From Torpedo marmorata (Eukaryota), in assembly GCA_977017645.1 (NCBI GenBank), contig OZ360236.1, positions 64,666,001 to 64,730,000 on the forward strand: a DNA stretch of 64,000 nt. Direction: 5' to 3'. Positions 62,276 through 64,000 of the stretch are shown one piece after another. Numbering within the stretch: position 1 is the first letter of the stretch; every line of letters starts with the position of its first letter. Below the pieces are notes generated by a model that searched no databases, was not told where the DNA came from, and saw only the letters and a list, made by a program, of their open reading frames with translations. A program made the position numbers and the translations under genes.

Positions 62276-63520
62276 GGGAGACAAGCTTTCCACCGACATA
62301 TATTACAAACCCATTAACTCCCACAACTACCTTGACTACACTTCCTCACACCCTGCCCCCTGCAAGGATTCTATCCCCTTCTCTCAATTTCTCCGTCTTC
62401 GCCGCATCTGTTCCCAAGATGAGGTCTTCCAGTCCAGATCTTCCGAAATGTCTGCCTTCTTCCACAAACGTGGCTTCCCCTCCACTACCATCAACTCAGC
62501 CCTCACCCGCATCTCCTCCATTTCCCGCTCATCTGCCCTGGCTCCCTCTGCCCCAGACGCAACAAACATAGAATCCCCCTTATCCTTAACTACCACCCCA
62601 CCAGCCTCTGCATCCAACACATTATCGTCCGGAATTTCCGGCACTTACAACAGGATCCCACTACCAGACACATCTACCCCTCTCCTCCCCTCTCTGCCTT
62701 CCATAGGGACCGCTCCCTCCATGACTCCCTCGTGCACTCATCTCTCCCCACCAATCGCCCCCTTCCCCTGTGGCCGCAGGAGGTGCCACACTTGTGCCCA
62801 CACCTCCTCCCTCACCACAGTCCGGGGCCTCAAACAGGCCTTTCAAGTGAAGCAACACTTCACTTGTATATCCGCAGGACTGATTTACTGCATCCGCTGC
62901 TCCCTTTGTGGCCTTCGCTACATCGGAGAGACTGGGCGCAGATTGGGAGATCACTTCGCTGAGCACCTTCGCTCTATCCGCACCAGTTACAGAGACCTCA
63001 CAGTAGCCAATCACTTCAGTTCTGTGTCACACTCCCATACTCTCATTGCTGTCCATGGCCTTATGTACTATCCCACCAAGACCACCCGCAAATTGGAGGA
63101 ACAAGACCTGATTTTCATTCTGGGCACTCGCCAGTCAGATGGCATTAACATCGACTTTTCCGGTTTCTGCTAACCTGCTCTCCTCTTCCTCCTTCCCCCT
63201 TCCCATCCCCTTTCCACTTCTCCTCCCCCCTTCCCTCTCTATTCACCTAGTCTTCCCTCCTCCCCTTGATCGCTGCTGTCCCCTCCCTCCCTTCTCCACC
63301 TATTACCTCCTGCCTTTGTGACCACACCTCCCCCTCCCCCCTTACTCTTTTGTTCATATGCCTGCCGATATTTTTCCATACCTTGATGAAGGGCTCAACC
63401 CCGAAATGTCGGTTATGTAGTTTTACCTTTGCTAAAGAACACTGTTTGACCTGATGAGTTTCTCCAGCATTGTGTTTTTACTTCAATCACGGTGTCTACA
63501 GATTTTCGGGTTTTACTTTT
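62276..63520 (+). mobile_element. 5'-truncated Penelope-like element inserted in a CR1 remnant
   Basis: TDIYYKP...LIYCIRCSLCGLRYIGETGRRLG; terminus as at 44027. The flanks rejoin as CR1 WLTNR...TSGVPQG. Confidence 0.9.
63377..63417 (+). ncRNA. Minimal hammerhead ribozyme-like motif (PLE terminus)
   Basis: CATACC-TTGATGA-A-GGGCTCAACCCC-GAAATGTC-GGTTATG. Confidence 0.55.
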
Positions 63521-64000
63521 TTAAACTAGTGGGGTACCACAAGGATAATTGAGAGGGTCAACTACTATTTCTGTTTCATATGTTCTCAAGTCTTGCATGT
63601 TCTCATTCCATTGCACTGATCTCAGCATTAATCTCAGAGTTGAATTAGAAAGGAATAATTGATGTGGTCTTTCCTTGCAAAAGGAACAAGCCAGGTAATG
63701 TTGTTGGATCGTTCTATTAATTAGCTACAGGTCATTAAATTGAAGATTGGCACAGAAAGGAAATTTGATTATCTCATGCCAATACTTCTCTATTTCTCCA
63801 GCATTGTGTTTTTACTTCAATTGCGGTGTCTGCAGACTTTCGTGTTTTACTTCATAATCCCTGTCCAGCAAAAAGTAGCCATGGGAGACCAACTCTCCTG
63901 CTCCCCCTCCCCCCCACCCTTCCCCCCACACAGTCCATCCCTACTGTTCTTCACCATGTGTTGTGACAGAAATGAAGTACCTTTGCATCATCTTGGTTGC

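Noticed and set aside
1-64000. Prokaryotic defence, retron or DGR system suggested by the many RTs
   Set aside because: All RTs carry eukaryotic LINE, Gypsy or Penelope signatures with TSDs, polyA or microsatellite tails and LTRs. There is no operon structure.

Overview
This is a eukaryotic (vertebrate) repeat-dense window with no host protein-coding exon I can support. The V-SINE, Rex1, CR1 and Penelope mix is most consistent with a cartilaginous fish, which is an inference. Nearly all long ORFs belong to decayed transposons. These are: a Gmr1-type (integrase-before-RT) Gypsy element plus two related solo LTRs; a complete CsRn1-type Gypsy provirus; six L1/Tx1 3' fragments, five with readable TSDs; Rex1/Babar and CR1 LINEs; Penelope-like elements (PLEs) with minimal hammerhead-ribozyme motifs; two fossil PIF/Harbinger transposases; and piggyBac-, Harbinger-, Tigger- and hAT-like non-autonomous DNA elements. 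The most notable structures are: (i) a 4.76-kb head-to-head PLE bounded by one 13-bp TSD, with a hammerhead motif at each end, echoed by smaller fold-back PLE units; (ii) a piggyBac-like MITE carrying a solo LTR; (iii) a three-level nest (Harbinger transposase < L1 < CsRn1); (iv) two same-family L1/Tx1 copies inserted at TTY|AACCA inside other retroelements; (v) several near-perfect hairpins. All calls are by-eye motif recognition without database searches. Boundaries of old fragments are approximate.
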